From the NCBI RefSeq assembly GCF_001194135.2, contig NC_068983.1:87055285-87119284 (forward strand): DNA of 64,000 bases, read 5' to 3'. The translations under genes were made by a program, and so were the position numbers. Every line of letters begins with the position of its first letter. The first letter of the stretch is position 1. Shown in pieces: positions 26,681 through 37,900 of this stretch. Source of the DNA: Octopus bimaculoides. Taxonomy: Eukaryota. The notes below the pieces were generated by a model, which saw nothing but the letters and a program-made list of their open reading frames with translations, was not told the DNA's origin and ran no database searches.

Positions 26681-26896
26681 CTCTTTAGCATTAAAACCAG
26701 CCAAATCTAACCCAAATATTCTACCTATTTTATGCTCAGACTGAACAAATCCAGCCTCTTATACCTATCCTACAATGTGATTCTAAAACTAAACACATCA
26801 TTGAAATCTTGAAACTACAATATAATGCATGGTCAGTTCAAAACAATATGAATATATAAGCATTACATCTAACAGAGTAATCTGAATGCTAAAGGG
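26681..26896. mobile_element. piggyBac-like MITE
   Basis: CTCTTTAGCATT ... AATGCTAAAGGG followed by TTAA; the left flank is TTAAA. Confidence 0.65.
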
Positions 26897-28229
26897 TTAA
26901 AGAGTAATTTCCAGTTTCAGATACTAATTTGCTTTTTTTCTTTTGCATTGAAAATAATTGGATCAAGATACCATATTTCTGTTGAAATACACTACCTTTG
27001 CTTTAGTTAATTTTGAAAAGAGAAAGAATTTATTAAAATAACTTTGTCATTTGGTGTTTGGAACAAATTTTGATGGAAGGTTTTAAAGTAGATCACCTTA
27101 AAACAAGAAGTTTGTATTATAGAATCTGGTGTGGTCTCAGATGGGTTGGGATCAAAAGGGCTTCTATAAAAAGGCATCCTCTAGAAGCAATACTGTTTTT
27201 TGATCTGGATTTTAAAAAATATAACTCTTATTCTTAAGATACAATGTTTCTTTATAAATTTTGCAGGGATAAACTTTTCAATCATTTACAATGTAATTTT
27301 TATTTCATTTCATGTCACAAATTTTATAATCAAACAATGTTTTAATCTCAAAAAGTAAGGTTTATGTACTTTATTTTTTATAGTTTATTATTCTTACATC
27401 CTTTAGATAAAAGTTAATTGAAAATTCTTTTTAAAGTTTTGTCTAATGCTTCATTATTTGTAACTTCCTTAATAAAAAAAATATATAAAAAGCCAAAATG
27501 GCAAAGTTAGTCTTTAAACTCAAATTTTAACAGATTAGGATTTTTAAATTAATGCAATGATTCACAATAACCATGGATGTTGTGCTTCTAGTCAATGTAG
27601 AAATATATAATTAGTCAAGTTACAAATTACAAATAGGAATTGGAATCGAAGGGTTTTGTGTACCAACTCCACAGCCCTATAAGGAAGTGAGATGTTTGAA
27701 ACCAAAAAAGTGTTTATTGAAATATTTAAACTTTTCTACTAAGTTCTATGTTATGGAGACCAGAAAACTACAAAAAGAAATGAAAAGACTGAATATGTAA
27801 GTTTCATAGATGTGATAAAAAAACTGAATATTTTTGTTCTTGAAAGTGTTGAAGAAAAGACATATATGACTGTACGCTTTATTAATAGTTTTAGAAATAA
27901 GCTTACTAAATTTAAGATTGCTTTCAATAATAACTCTAAAGTTCCCTTGTAGTTTCATAAGGGTAACAAAGGTAACTGTGGAACAAACGTTATGGAAGAG
28001 AAATTTAGAACCAAAAAACAATAGCAACATATTTGTCAATGGAGAGCTTGAAAGCAGTTAATAGATCAAAGTTCAAACGAACTTAAGTCTCCTTTAAAGA
28101 AGGCTACAATTGAAATATTTTTCACATTTCATTTATATTTTAATATCATCAGTGTAAATGCTTAAATTTACATTTTTTTTTCACACATTTGTCAGCCTTA
28201 TTTTCATAAATAAAATAAAAATAGTTCAA

Positions 28230-29220
28230 TCACATTGGCTAGAAGTTACGGGCAATCGTTTAGGAAATTACGTTGCTTACATTGAAAGGTAATTTTGGAA
28301 AAAGCCCAACACTTTAGCAGAAACATTAACTGTTGATTGGAGCCTAACAAGACAGTGTGAATGGTATAATCAAATGCTTTTGAGAGATTTAGGTAGGTAA
28401 CATGTGAAAATAGAATGAGGGTTATTGATCTCTGAAACTGCAGTGCTGTAGTTTTCAATCATGTTTACAACAGAAGTATATTCTTTTTGACTAATTTCAA
28501 GCTGGGAAGTGTTTAACCCATTACCTCCCATAATTCTATTAACTGGAATTTTTTATGAAACTTTGATTTCTAGCATAAAACAGCCCTAGAAACACGCTGG
28601 AATGATCAAAATAACATTTCAAATAGAAATAAGCGAGATATTGGGTGAACAATTAGCAAACCTCATTTGAATATAAGAGAAATATACCTAGTAGATATAG
28701 CAAAAAGGTTAGATATGTGTAAATATTGACAGATAATCATGAAATTTGTAATTTTTAAGTGATCTCATATGAGATCACTGGTAGGTAATGGGTTAACATT
28801 GTTTTGATGCAAAATAACTTTAAATAAATGACAGCAAGCACATATTAGTAATATAAGGTAGTAATTTTTAATATCCAAATGGGAATCATGTTCACAAACA
28901 AAGGAATGACAATACAATTTTCCAAGTATCTCCCAGAGCCCAGAATTTTTCTAGCTTAAAGCCTTACTAAGTGCAGAACTGAAGAGCTTAATGAATATAG
29001 GTAAAATATCATGTAGACCAGAAACATATTTCACTTTTTAAATTTTTGATAGCATCAAATATATCAGAAACATCGACATTATATGTTATTCTGACAAGCA
29101 GTATTTTGTGATCAAATACTGTCAGAACACTATTGAAAATAGAAGCAAAGTACTAGATTTTGTAGATGGCGCAGGTGTGGTTTATTTGAGTTTCTTATTT
29201 ACATAACATTGAAAAACAAA
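28230..29220 (-). mobile_element. Very old LINE RT fragments
   Basis: Minus-strand YLNLSKAFDYTIHTVLL (RT DxSKAFD motif) and a VFDHKILL-like segment. Confidence 0.45.
28517..28792. mobile_element. piggyBac-like MITE
   Basis: TTAA|CCCATTACCT ... AGGTAATGGG|TTAA. Confidence 0.8.
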
Positions 29221-29976
29221 ACTGTCAGAATCTTCAGATTTTAACACAGAGATTTACTTTTTGTTTTCAAAGCTATTTCCTTATCATTGAACTAAGTTTC
29301 ATGCTATAAATTTTGCACTTTTGATTGTTAGAAGCAGACAGATTAATCTTAAACTGTTTCCAGAGATTATTTATGCGTAAAATATTGGTTTCAAATTTTG
29401 ACACAAGGCCAGCAATTTCGGGAGATGGGGTAAACTGATTGCATCAACCATAGTGTTCAACTGATTTTTAATTTATCAACCCTGAAATGATGAAAGGCAA
29501 AGTCGACCTTGGCAAAATTTGAACTCAGAACACAGACAGATGAAATGCCATTAAGCATTTTACCTGGCATGATAACAGTTCTGCCAGCTCGTTGCCTTAT
29601 TTATGTATAAAATATTGACTTATAATTAACCTTGCTGCTATTTTGAGAAGTTAAACTTTATGTCTTGAAATGTGTCTATCATTTAAGTGATGTAAGTATA
29701 TCAAATTTCAAATTGATATAAGAACTGACAACTTTAGATGATAGTCAACTAAGATATTACTGATCTTGTGATTTTCATATTTTTATGAGACATAGCAGTG
29801 TGTCTTATGAAGTCTGTTTCACAGTCATATGTAAGGATATATATATATATATAAAGGTAAAGTTTCCTTCTTGAGCCATACCAACTCATAAGGACAAGTT
29901 TCCACAACCTAACTATCATGAGTCCAATACCTTAACTACTAAGCCATGTGCTTCCACACACACACACACATACATA

Positions 29977-30812
29977 CAGAGTGCAATAGGTAAATTGTCA
30001 CTATTTTATACTTTTAATTATGCGTTTGTTTTTTGATTTTGTTGACTACACAGTATAGTGGGGTCAGTTGGACACCGTCTGTGAAATAAACAGCACCATG
30101 ACACAATTCACTCTGCCAAAAATTTGGAAACTACATGCTGTACTGCTTGGCATTGGCGCCGGAAGCTCCAATATGAATATTTCAGAGTGTTTGGGTGTTA
30201 ATCTGAGGACATGTACTGAGAGTGATAAAAATCAAACATCCACTCAACATCATGGTGTTTGGAGCAATCACTAGTGATAGCAACATTATGCTTCCATTTA
30301 TCTTCCCACATGGAGGCCTACATCAAGTGCCTGGAAGAGGTAGTTCTGCCCTGAGTAAAGAGGGTGGCTGCTGGAAGACCCTATGTAGGCAACAGAATTC
30401 TGCACCATGCTACACAAGCAGGAGAATGCAGTCATAGCTATCAGATAATTATGACGACCACATCACCCCTAATCCTAACTCCCCAGACTGCAACCCCTTT
30501 GATTATAATTTGTGGAGCGCAGTTGAGCAAGAGACTAACAAAAATCCTTGTAACACAAAAGATGACCTGAAGGCAAGGATTATGGCAGCATTCACCAACT
30601 TAAACAAGGAGACTGTCTAGAAGAGTTGCAAGAGATTCTGAAGTCGTCTGGAGGCCGTGGTTGAAGTCAATGGCGATTTTATAGAATAAATTTACTCTTT
30701 AGTATTTCAAGATATTTTTAGGTAATTTTGGTAAATATATCTGTTAAAATGAGATGTCAGTGTTATTTTCATTTTTATGTAATTTAGACGACAGTTTATT
30801 CACTGCACCCCA
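29977..30812 (+). mobile_element. Tc1/mariner superfamily element (maT/DD37D-like), internally deleted
   Basis: TA-flanked imperfect TIRs (CAGAGTGCAATAGGTAAATTGTC / GACAGTTTATTCACTGCACCCCA); relic peptides KHPLNIMVFGAITSD, QQNSAPC, NSPDCNPFDY, RLEAVVEVNGDFIE*. Confidence 0.8.
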
Positions 30813-32683
30813 TATATTATATGTAAGGATCTTGTACTAAATTCTTGAACCAATCCAATGTGAGTGAAATTAGGTTGATGGTAATTGTGGTGAAGTCTAT
30901 CAGATCAGCTATATTTGTTCTTCCAGGCTCAATTCAAAATCTAGTTTAATGTCACTACCTTATCCCTTGATGCCTTTAGTGAATTCTACTCTATGAGGAG
31001 CATTAAGGCCAGGCCTCTTGTGTGAAGTGATGCTTTGATGCACTGAACCTAAAGCAGCAATCCATCAGTTGTGGTTTACTCCTCCAATCTCCCTCCTTTA
31101 CTAGTCTCAGAGATCATGCAAAAATGTAATGGACACTTCCATTCCACCTTTAAGTCAAGAAAAAAGGAAAACACATTCCTCCAAATTTACAAAAATTATT
31201 TCGGAGGTGAAAAGTGAGGGGAGTTTCGGAAAATTCACACATGTCGACTTTGTTTTCTCATAACTCCCAGAAAAACGTGTATTTTTTTTTTTTACTGAAA
31301 ATTTCTATAAATACCTTTAAGATGGTGTAGAATATGATTATACAGGAATTTAATGTGGAAAAAAAGAAGAAAAAATGTAGGCACGCATACATAGATACTG
31401 ACACAAACCACACACATACACACACACACAACGAAACTAGAAATTTTATTACATCCATCTCGAATTATCACTACCTTATGAAGAATGAAAAGGGCAAAGA
31501 ACTGAGTGGTTGTTTTCACTGTGAAAGAATTCCGTGTCCCAAAATTTTAATTTGTTTACATTTTTTAACCCCTCCCCCACATTCGTGCCCCTTTCTCGAT
31601 AAATGTTCAGTATTGCATCTGTCTCGTAAAAACAGCAAAATAACGCACAAAACAAAAAGTAACGACAAAAAGCATGTCTAGACATAAAATACTGACAATT
31701 GTGTTTGTAACCTGAATGCTCGTTTGGTTGGAATTAATGTCATTTCTTTCTTCTATGAAGATGAGTCTTATACAAGATGTGTATATATCAGTATTTGTAA
31801 ATAAGTTCGCAAATAATCAGGACAGAAGCATACATAGGGAATAGTTTGTCGTCAGTTATATCAGAAGAGTTGTGATGGTGATGGTGAGAATCATATAAGT
31901 TTGGATTAGTATGAATCATTTTTGAGACAAACAGACAACCGATAATCTGATAGGCGGGAGTATAGTATTATATATACACACACACACACACCATTGTCTC
32001 TTTATCTTGTGTCAAGTTTCAAGTATAATTGCGTAATGTATGAACATGTTTTAGCAATTAAAGTCATCACCCGCCTGTCTACACACCAAGTATATTTCAA
32101 TGAAGAAATACTGTATTCATATACGTGTATGCAAATATTAATTTAGAGAGATGTTATGTTTATGTTCATACGTAACGACGTTTGTAAATCAGGTCCAGTA
32201 AATGAGTTAAAATCTGATCGTATAATCTTCGTCGTGATTATTCATCAGTTGATAAAAGGCGGTGGAGGGCACCAACTAAATAGTTGAATTAAATAGTTAT
32301 GATTGTATAGCCTCAAGTCAAACTTAGTCACAAAAACATTGCAGCCGTGACCATCCTATCTCAGACTACATTTTCGAATGTGTCATTTAAGTGGTTAAGG
32401 GAGATTTGGCTGATATTTCTACGAGGGCGAGCGATCACGTAGATGCTCTCTTGCTGGTTCGTAGTGTGACAACTGAAGTATTAAGTTACAGAGCACTGTC
32501 TATATTTTATATATGTATAGACATTTTTTTTCTCTCAAAGAAATAGGAATGGACCCAAAAGCTGGATAAAATTGATATGTGCGTGTACATATATATATAT
32601 ATACACATACGCAATTTTTGTTTCCAATCGAAACAGAAAATACATGTAGTTTATTTATATTCATTAAAAATAATCTAATTCCT

Positions 32684-32718
<35 letters not shown>

Positions 32719-32941
32719 GTATATAAGAAATGTAACCGACATCAAATTAAGAGAAGAGTATCTTTAAATAAAAAACATCCATTTGAAATAAAACAAAATT
32801 CGAGAGAGAGAAATAGAATGAAATCTAAGAACCATTATTCCCATAAGTAGAATGGTAATTGATTCCAGGTTCTCCCAAGAACTAACTGTTTACTAACAAA
32901 TATCTTTCATTTACAAAGAAAACAACGAAATAAAAATTTAC

Positions 32942-33096
32942 CAGAGATTTAAACGTTCTACAGCAGCTAATGATTTCACATTGGAAGATTTCAAAACCAT
33001 TTCTTCTGTTAAAACTCTCCCACCTATGAGTGGTTTTTCCCGAAGGAAAGTTGTATCAATAGGTGCAATACAACACGGGTACATGCTGCTTTCCAT
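32942..33096 (-). CDS. CFAP410: CFAP410/C21orf2-like LRR protein, coding exon 1
   Basis: Minus-strand ATG at 33096 reads MESSMYPCCIAPIDTTFLREKPLIGGRVLTEEMVLKSSNVKSLAAVERLNL(W), then donor GTAAAT, phase 2. The C-terminal half aligns by eye to the CFAP410 N-terminus (human [26 protein letters not shown]). Confidence 0.85.
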
Positions 33097-33524
33097 TGTT
33101 TCCCTCACTGTCACAGAAACACTCTGCCAATACTCGAGCTATCACATAAACATTTGCCCCGGTAATCCACTTAATGCAAAAATAGTCTTTGTAAAATAAA
33201 CATAATATATAAACTAAACATTAATTATTAATTATTCCTAAAATTTAAAAATATTTTAATAAATCGTGATTATTTAGAAGAAAATAGTTAGAGTTTAAGA
33301 ATTGTGAAATATATGAAACATTTATTTACTTATTTAGTATTATTGTTGTTATTCACTGCGGATCTGTAACGGCGGTTAATTTAAACCTGTTAATATTTAT
33401 TAAAGAAAATGAATTCACCATTCCGAAATATTTGTACATTATTTCTTCTACATTATAATTATCTTAAAATATATTAAAAAAATACATTTCTTTTATACTT
33501 ATAAAAAGTATCATATACACAAAT
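33097..33524. promoter_or_regulatory. Putative bidirectional promoter/5' UTR interval between the CFAP410-like and separase start codons
   Basis: Only 428 bp separate the two divergent ATGs; both transcription starts must lie in or very near this interval unless upstream non-coding exons overlap. Confidence 0.65.
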
Positions 33525-33623
33525 ATGCATATCTTTAAAGATACCAAAATTCATGAAGAAGGGAAGGATATTATACAATCTCTAAAAAATCGAAAATGTA
33601 AAGAAGTCTATGCGCAACTTAAG
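33525..33623 (+). CDS. ESPL1: Separase, first coding exon
   Basis: ATG...MHIFKDTKIHEEGKDIIQSLKNRKCKEVYAQLK, donor GTACGT, phase 0, in frame with the next exon. Assigned by position and phase rather than by strong homology. Confidence 0.7.
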
Positions 33624-34785
33624 GTACGTGATATTTAATTTCAGTATTGTATGACTTGTACGTTAAATCAGTGTAGTAGTGCAATGTATTGAAGAAAATA
33701 CAGCACAAAATCTATAAATAAAGCTTATTGCTATGATGCAACTTTGTCAGTTATTATTTTAAAATGCTGAATTTAAATCTCACGAGATCAACTTTACCTT
33801 TAATTTATCGGAGATCGATAAAATAATGTACCAGTCTAAATGCTGGGGTTGATATAAATTGACTATACCCTCCCCTAAATTTGAGGTCTTGTTCCTTTTG
33901 TAAGAAATCAATATTTTAAAATGCCTAATAAAACTAGGTTAATATCAGGGGTCTGCAGAATAAAAATTTCTTACAAGATTTGTTTTGATTTATATCAAGT
34001 TTAACTCAGAAAATTTAATTTGAATAATAATAGCAATAATAATAATAATAATAATGTATTTTACTAACTACAAGTTTCAAATTTTGGCACAAGACCATCA
34101 TTTTAGCGGAATGGATAGCCGATTACTTCAATCCCAATTGCTTGCCTGGTACTTATTTTATCGACTCCGCAATTGTAAAAGGCAGAGCGCCTCGATCGTA
34201 CTTGATAAGTATGATCTTGTGGGATGAAAGAATAATAGAAAGTTATTTGAATTTGTGAGAACGAAGCTACTGTAAACAATTACACAGTCTGGAATAAAGT
34301 ACAAATCTAATTGAACATACATAAATGTGTTACTATTTTGATTGTAACACATTTTCACTTGCGATAGCATGAAAAATGTATTAGTTTCACATGGATGGAA
34401 AAAAAACCCTGAATTCAATGTCTGAGGTGAATAATTAGATCTTTTTCCGTTTGAGTTATAATTCGATTAAAAAAATATATATATTTAGATTAATTAATTT
34501 GATTGTTTACAGTAATTTGGTGATTAAAGTTTGAAAGTTGTTGATAGAATAAATATGGCATTTAGTATTAATAAAATAATATTAAAAATAATACCGTTTT
34601 TTTGCAATAATCCATTCCATACTTTGGAGAAGATTGATGTGTTTGGGAAAGGTATTTTGTAAAATGGACGCGAGTAACTTCTAAATATATTTTTATTATA
34701 ATATTGGGACTGCAATTGAGCTAGCCTTAACGAACATTTTATTAAGAGATTTAGGAGATTTAATTCTATATTTGAAATATTTCAG

Positions 34786-35634
34786 GGAAAGACTTCCTCC
34801 CGTCCCCCATCATTTTCTAGCAAATTATTGTTTAAAAAAAATTTTTTTTGCCAAAATCCTACGTTTTCGGGTAATTTTTCAGATTAATACCCGCACGATT
34901 ACCTAACCCTAACCCTAAAACCATAACATTAACCCTAAACCTGTAACCCTAACACTAACCCTAATCCTAACCCTAACCCTAACACTAAACCCTAACCCTA
35001 ACCCTAAACTCTAAACCCTAAACCCTAAAACCGTAACCCTGACCCTAAAACCGTAACCCTAACACTAACCCTAATCCTAACCCTAACACTAACCCTAAAC
35101 CCTGACCCTAAAACCGTAACCCTAACACTAACCCTAATCCTAACCCTAACACTAACACTAACCCTAAACCCTAACCCTAAACTCTAAACCCTAACTCTAA
35201 ACTCTAAACCCTAACCCTAAAACCCTAATCCTGACCCTAAAACCCTAATCCTAACACACTAGTGGAAATCGTGCGGGTGTTAATCTGAAAAATTACGCGT
35301 TTTTGGATACGAAGATTCCGGAAAAATCGTAATTTTGAAATTTTTTGCCACCCCTATCCCCATTTCTTCATTTTTCACTTTTTTCCATAGACCAAACCCT
35401 AAAACCATAATTTACGTATTTTTCCGCATATTTTGAAAAAAAAAATTTCTGAAAAAAGTTTAAAATGAATTTAGGTAGTGGGGGTAGGGGTAATTTGAAA
35501 ATGCCGATTTTTGCCAATTTTTTTGCAGATTCGTATTCTCCGTAGCCAAAAACAGGGATTTGTGTAGAAAAAAAAAGTTAAATAAGAAAAAGGGGGTGTC
35601 TTTTGGGGGGAGGGATACAAAAGGAAGTCTTGCC
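34786..35634. mobile_element. Non-autonomous TIR element (8-bp TSD, GG-start TIRs; Merlin- or hAT-like) carrying a telomere-like array
   Basis: TSD TATTTCAG at 34778-34785 and 35635-35642; TIR GGAAAGACTTCCT / AGGAAGTCTTGCC (12/13 match). Confidence 0.75.
34901..35255. repeat. Degenerate interstitial telomere-like (CCCTAA)n array
   Basis: Mix of CCCTAA, CACTAA, TCCTAA, CTCTAAA, CCGTAA and CCCTGA units; bracketed by a 30-bp inverted repeat (34871-34900 / 35267-35296). Confidence 0.95.
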
Positions 35635-36164
35635 TATTTCAGCTTTCGGACACCATAGAATTTTTTTGCAGATTCTGCATTTTTAACCTTTTTCAGAAAT
35701 TTTTTACTGGGTATATAGTTATAACCATTACCAACATTAGAGTAGTGAAATTTCTTTAGAATGACTGACAAAATAAAAAAGATGATATTGATATTATATC
35801 CCTTGCAGTCAGAAAGTTACTTTCTTATCAACTGTTCACTGACCATGTAATGTCACCTTCATAGTCATATCGATGAGTTTTTCGGTGCAGTCTGTTTAAT
35901 TACATCGTCTTATGGCTTTTCAAATTTCTGTATTGATGATATCGACGACTTTGATACCCATTTGTCCAAGGAAGAGTGAGATGTTGTATTCCTGGGGTTG
36001 TTTTTGAACAGTTGTTCTTCGAAGTCCCATACCTCATGAATAAGGAAAATAGAATGGAAGTGGGGAAAGTAAAAATAAAAACCGAAGTTTTTTGAAAAGA
36101 ATACTTAAAAAATGCCCTTTTCCTTTCCCATAAGGCACAGGACTTTGAGAGATATTATTATTAG

Positions 36165-36520
36165 GTCATCTTTGCCTTTCATCCTTTTGGGGTCAATAAA
36201 TTGAGTACCAATGAAACACTGGGAGTCAATGTAATCGACTAGTCCCCTCCCCACAAATTTCAGTCCTTGTGACTTTAGTAGAAAAGATTATTATTAAGGC
36301 AGCGAGCTGGCAGAATCGTTAGCACACTGGATGAAATGTTTTGCGGTCTTTTACTCGTCACTACGTTCTGAGTTCAAATTCTGTCGAGGTTGACTTTGCC
36401 TTTTGTCCTTTTTAGGGTCAATAAATTAAGTACCAGTGAAACACTGGGTTTGATGTAATCGACTAGTCCCTTCCCCCAAAATTTCAGGCCTTATGCCTTA
36501 TAGAAAGTATTATTATTAAA
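36165..36520 (+). mobile_element. Second SINE family, head-to-tail partial + full copy (others at ~9236-9440, 29395-29600(-), 39660-39870(-), 48038-48223(-), 54505-54700)
   Basis: Recurrent GGCAGAATCGTTAGCA...TTCTGAGTTCAAATTC...GAGGTTGACTTTGCCTTTCATCC...AAGTACCAGT, with an (ATT)n tail. Confidence 0.75.
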
Positions 36521-37080
36521 TTGGTCAAGAGCAAGGGACTGTACCCAAGACCAGTATGATTGACATTTCTTGGAAAGAAGGCATGAGTGTAGTGCTTAGT
36601 GGGTCCTGGAGGTAGACTGTTTAAAATATGAGTGGTGGATCAGCAAGCTTCAAGTAGAAGAGAGTATTGTTGTAGTGATAAAAAGTTAGAGAGAGAGAGA
36701 GCGGATAGTATGTCTGTGAACCAGAAATTGGAATGAGTTGATGAGCAACTTCATCTCTTCAGTTAAGTAGTTAGTCTTCTTTGGATGTAGTTTAGAAAGT
36801 CTGTGTGCATAGCAACAGCACTATCCCAGATATGCTAGCAGTACTCTATTGTGGTTTCCACCTGAACTTTAGAGACTTAGCTGGTGTGGGTAGAAATATT
36901 TTCTAGTTCTGAAAAGTAAGGCTAGTATTTAGGTTAAGGTCTTTGCTACATTGTGTGTATGCGTTCACTTGGAGAGATACACAGAGTTGGAAAGGCCTTA
37001 ACATTTGTAGCAACCTGGAGGATTCTTGTTTTTAAGTTCACGCAGTGAAAAGCTCTATCAATAGTGCCAGTAGTTTAGCC
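36520..37080 (-). mobile_element. Decayed CR1/L2-type LINE 3' fragment
   Basis: Minus-strand relic resembling the post-RT region (EYCxxIW...L..IQRR...LFY..Y); degenerate. Confidence 0.45.
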
Positions 37081-37273
37081 AAGTCAACAAAATCTTTTCC
37101 TTTTTGTGTCTAAAACTGTTGTATTTCATTCACTGTATATATATCAATAAAACAATCTTGTACTCCACCACCTTTTAAACATGAATACCATGCAATTTGA
37201 ACCCTCAGAATTTTTAATTTTAGCTCCTCCCCTGTTTCAGTGTGTCATATCAATGTTTACAATTGTTTTGTAG

Positions 37274-37519
37274 GACTACTTATTGCAGTCATCAGAGTCA
37301 TCCAATGACACCACCTTGAAATACTACGGTCATTTTGTTGTCTCTGTCCTTCGTACGTCAGTGACCAGCATCAAAGAAGATGGCCCTCAGCTTACCTTGT
37401 TGTCTATTGTGGATCTCAGCTATAATTACTTCAAGAAGCTTCAGAAACATATCAAACTCACTGATCCCTGTTTCATCTCTAAAATATTCCATGTGGTTCT
37501 GGCATGTATTACAAAAGTG
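37274..37519 (+). CDS. ESPL1: Separase coding exon 2
   Basis: TTTTGTAG acceptor; DYLLQSSESSNDTTLKYYGHFVVSVLR...FHVVLACITKV; donor GTAAGT; 246 nt, phase 0-0. Confidence 0.8.
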
Positions 37520-37599
37520 GTAAGTGGTTTTGTTATATACTTTATAATAAGAGAGATAAGGTGTCTGTTTATATACACAAAGAGTGGAGAGGGATGAAG

Positions 37600-37900
37600 G
37601 TAGTATATTCCATTGGATTTGCAACATCAGTGTGCATGATTGACAAAGCACAACCGTTGAGAGCAAAGTTAAGCATAAGAGGAATTAAATGTGGCATGCA
37701 GGAGAGGAGAATGTGTTGGTCTGGACATGTGATGCGTATGAATTAAGAGAGCTGTATAAAGAAGTGCCTGTCACTGAAAGTGGATGGTACCTGTGGAAAA
37801 GGGAGACCCAAGAAGACATGGAATGAAGTGGTGAGGACCAATCTTAAGATGTTTGGCAATATGAAGTTCAAGAGAAGACCTGCCCATGTCAGTGAAACAG
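37600..37900 (+). mobile_element. RTE LINE 3' end fragment
   Basis: RRMCWSGHVMRM...KVDGTCGKGRPKKTWNEVVR, typical RTE C-terminus. Confidence 0.7.

Noticed and set aside
33143-33158. X-box at the shared promoter (TTTGCCCCGGTAAT)
   Set aside because: Both terminal positions deviate from the RFX consensus, so a chance match is likely.
32981-33199. Plus-strand 72-aa ORF
   Set aside because: It is the antisense shadow of CFAP410-like exon 1.
34901-35255. True telomere or chromosome-fusion scar
   Set aside because: The array is degenerate, single-orientation, and enclosed by inverted repeats and a TSD within a continuous gene.
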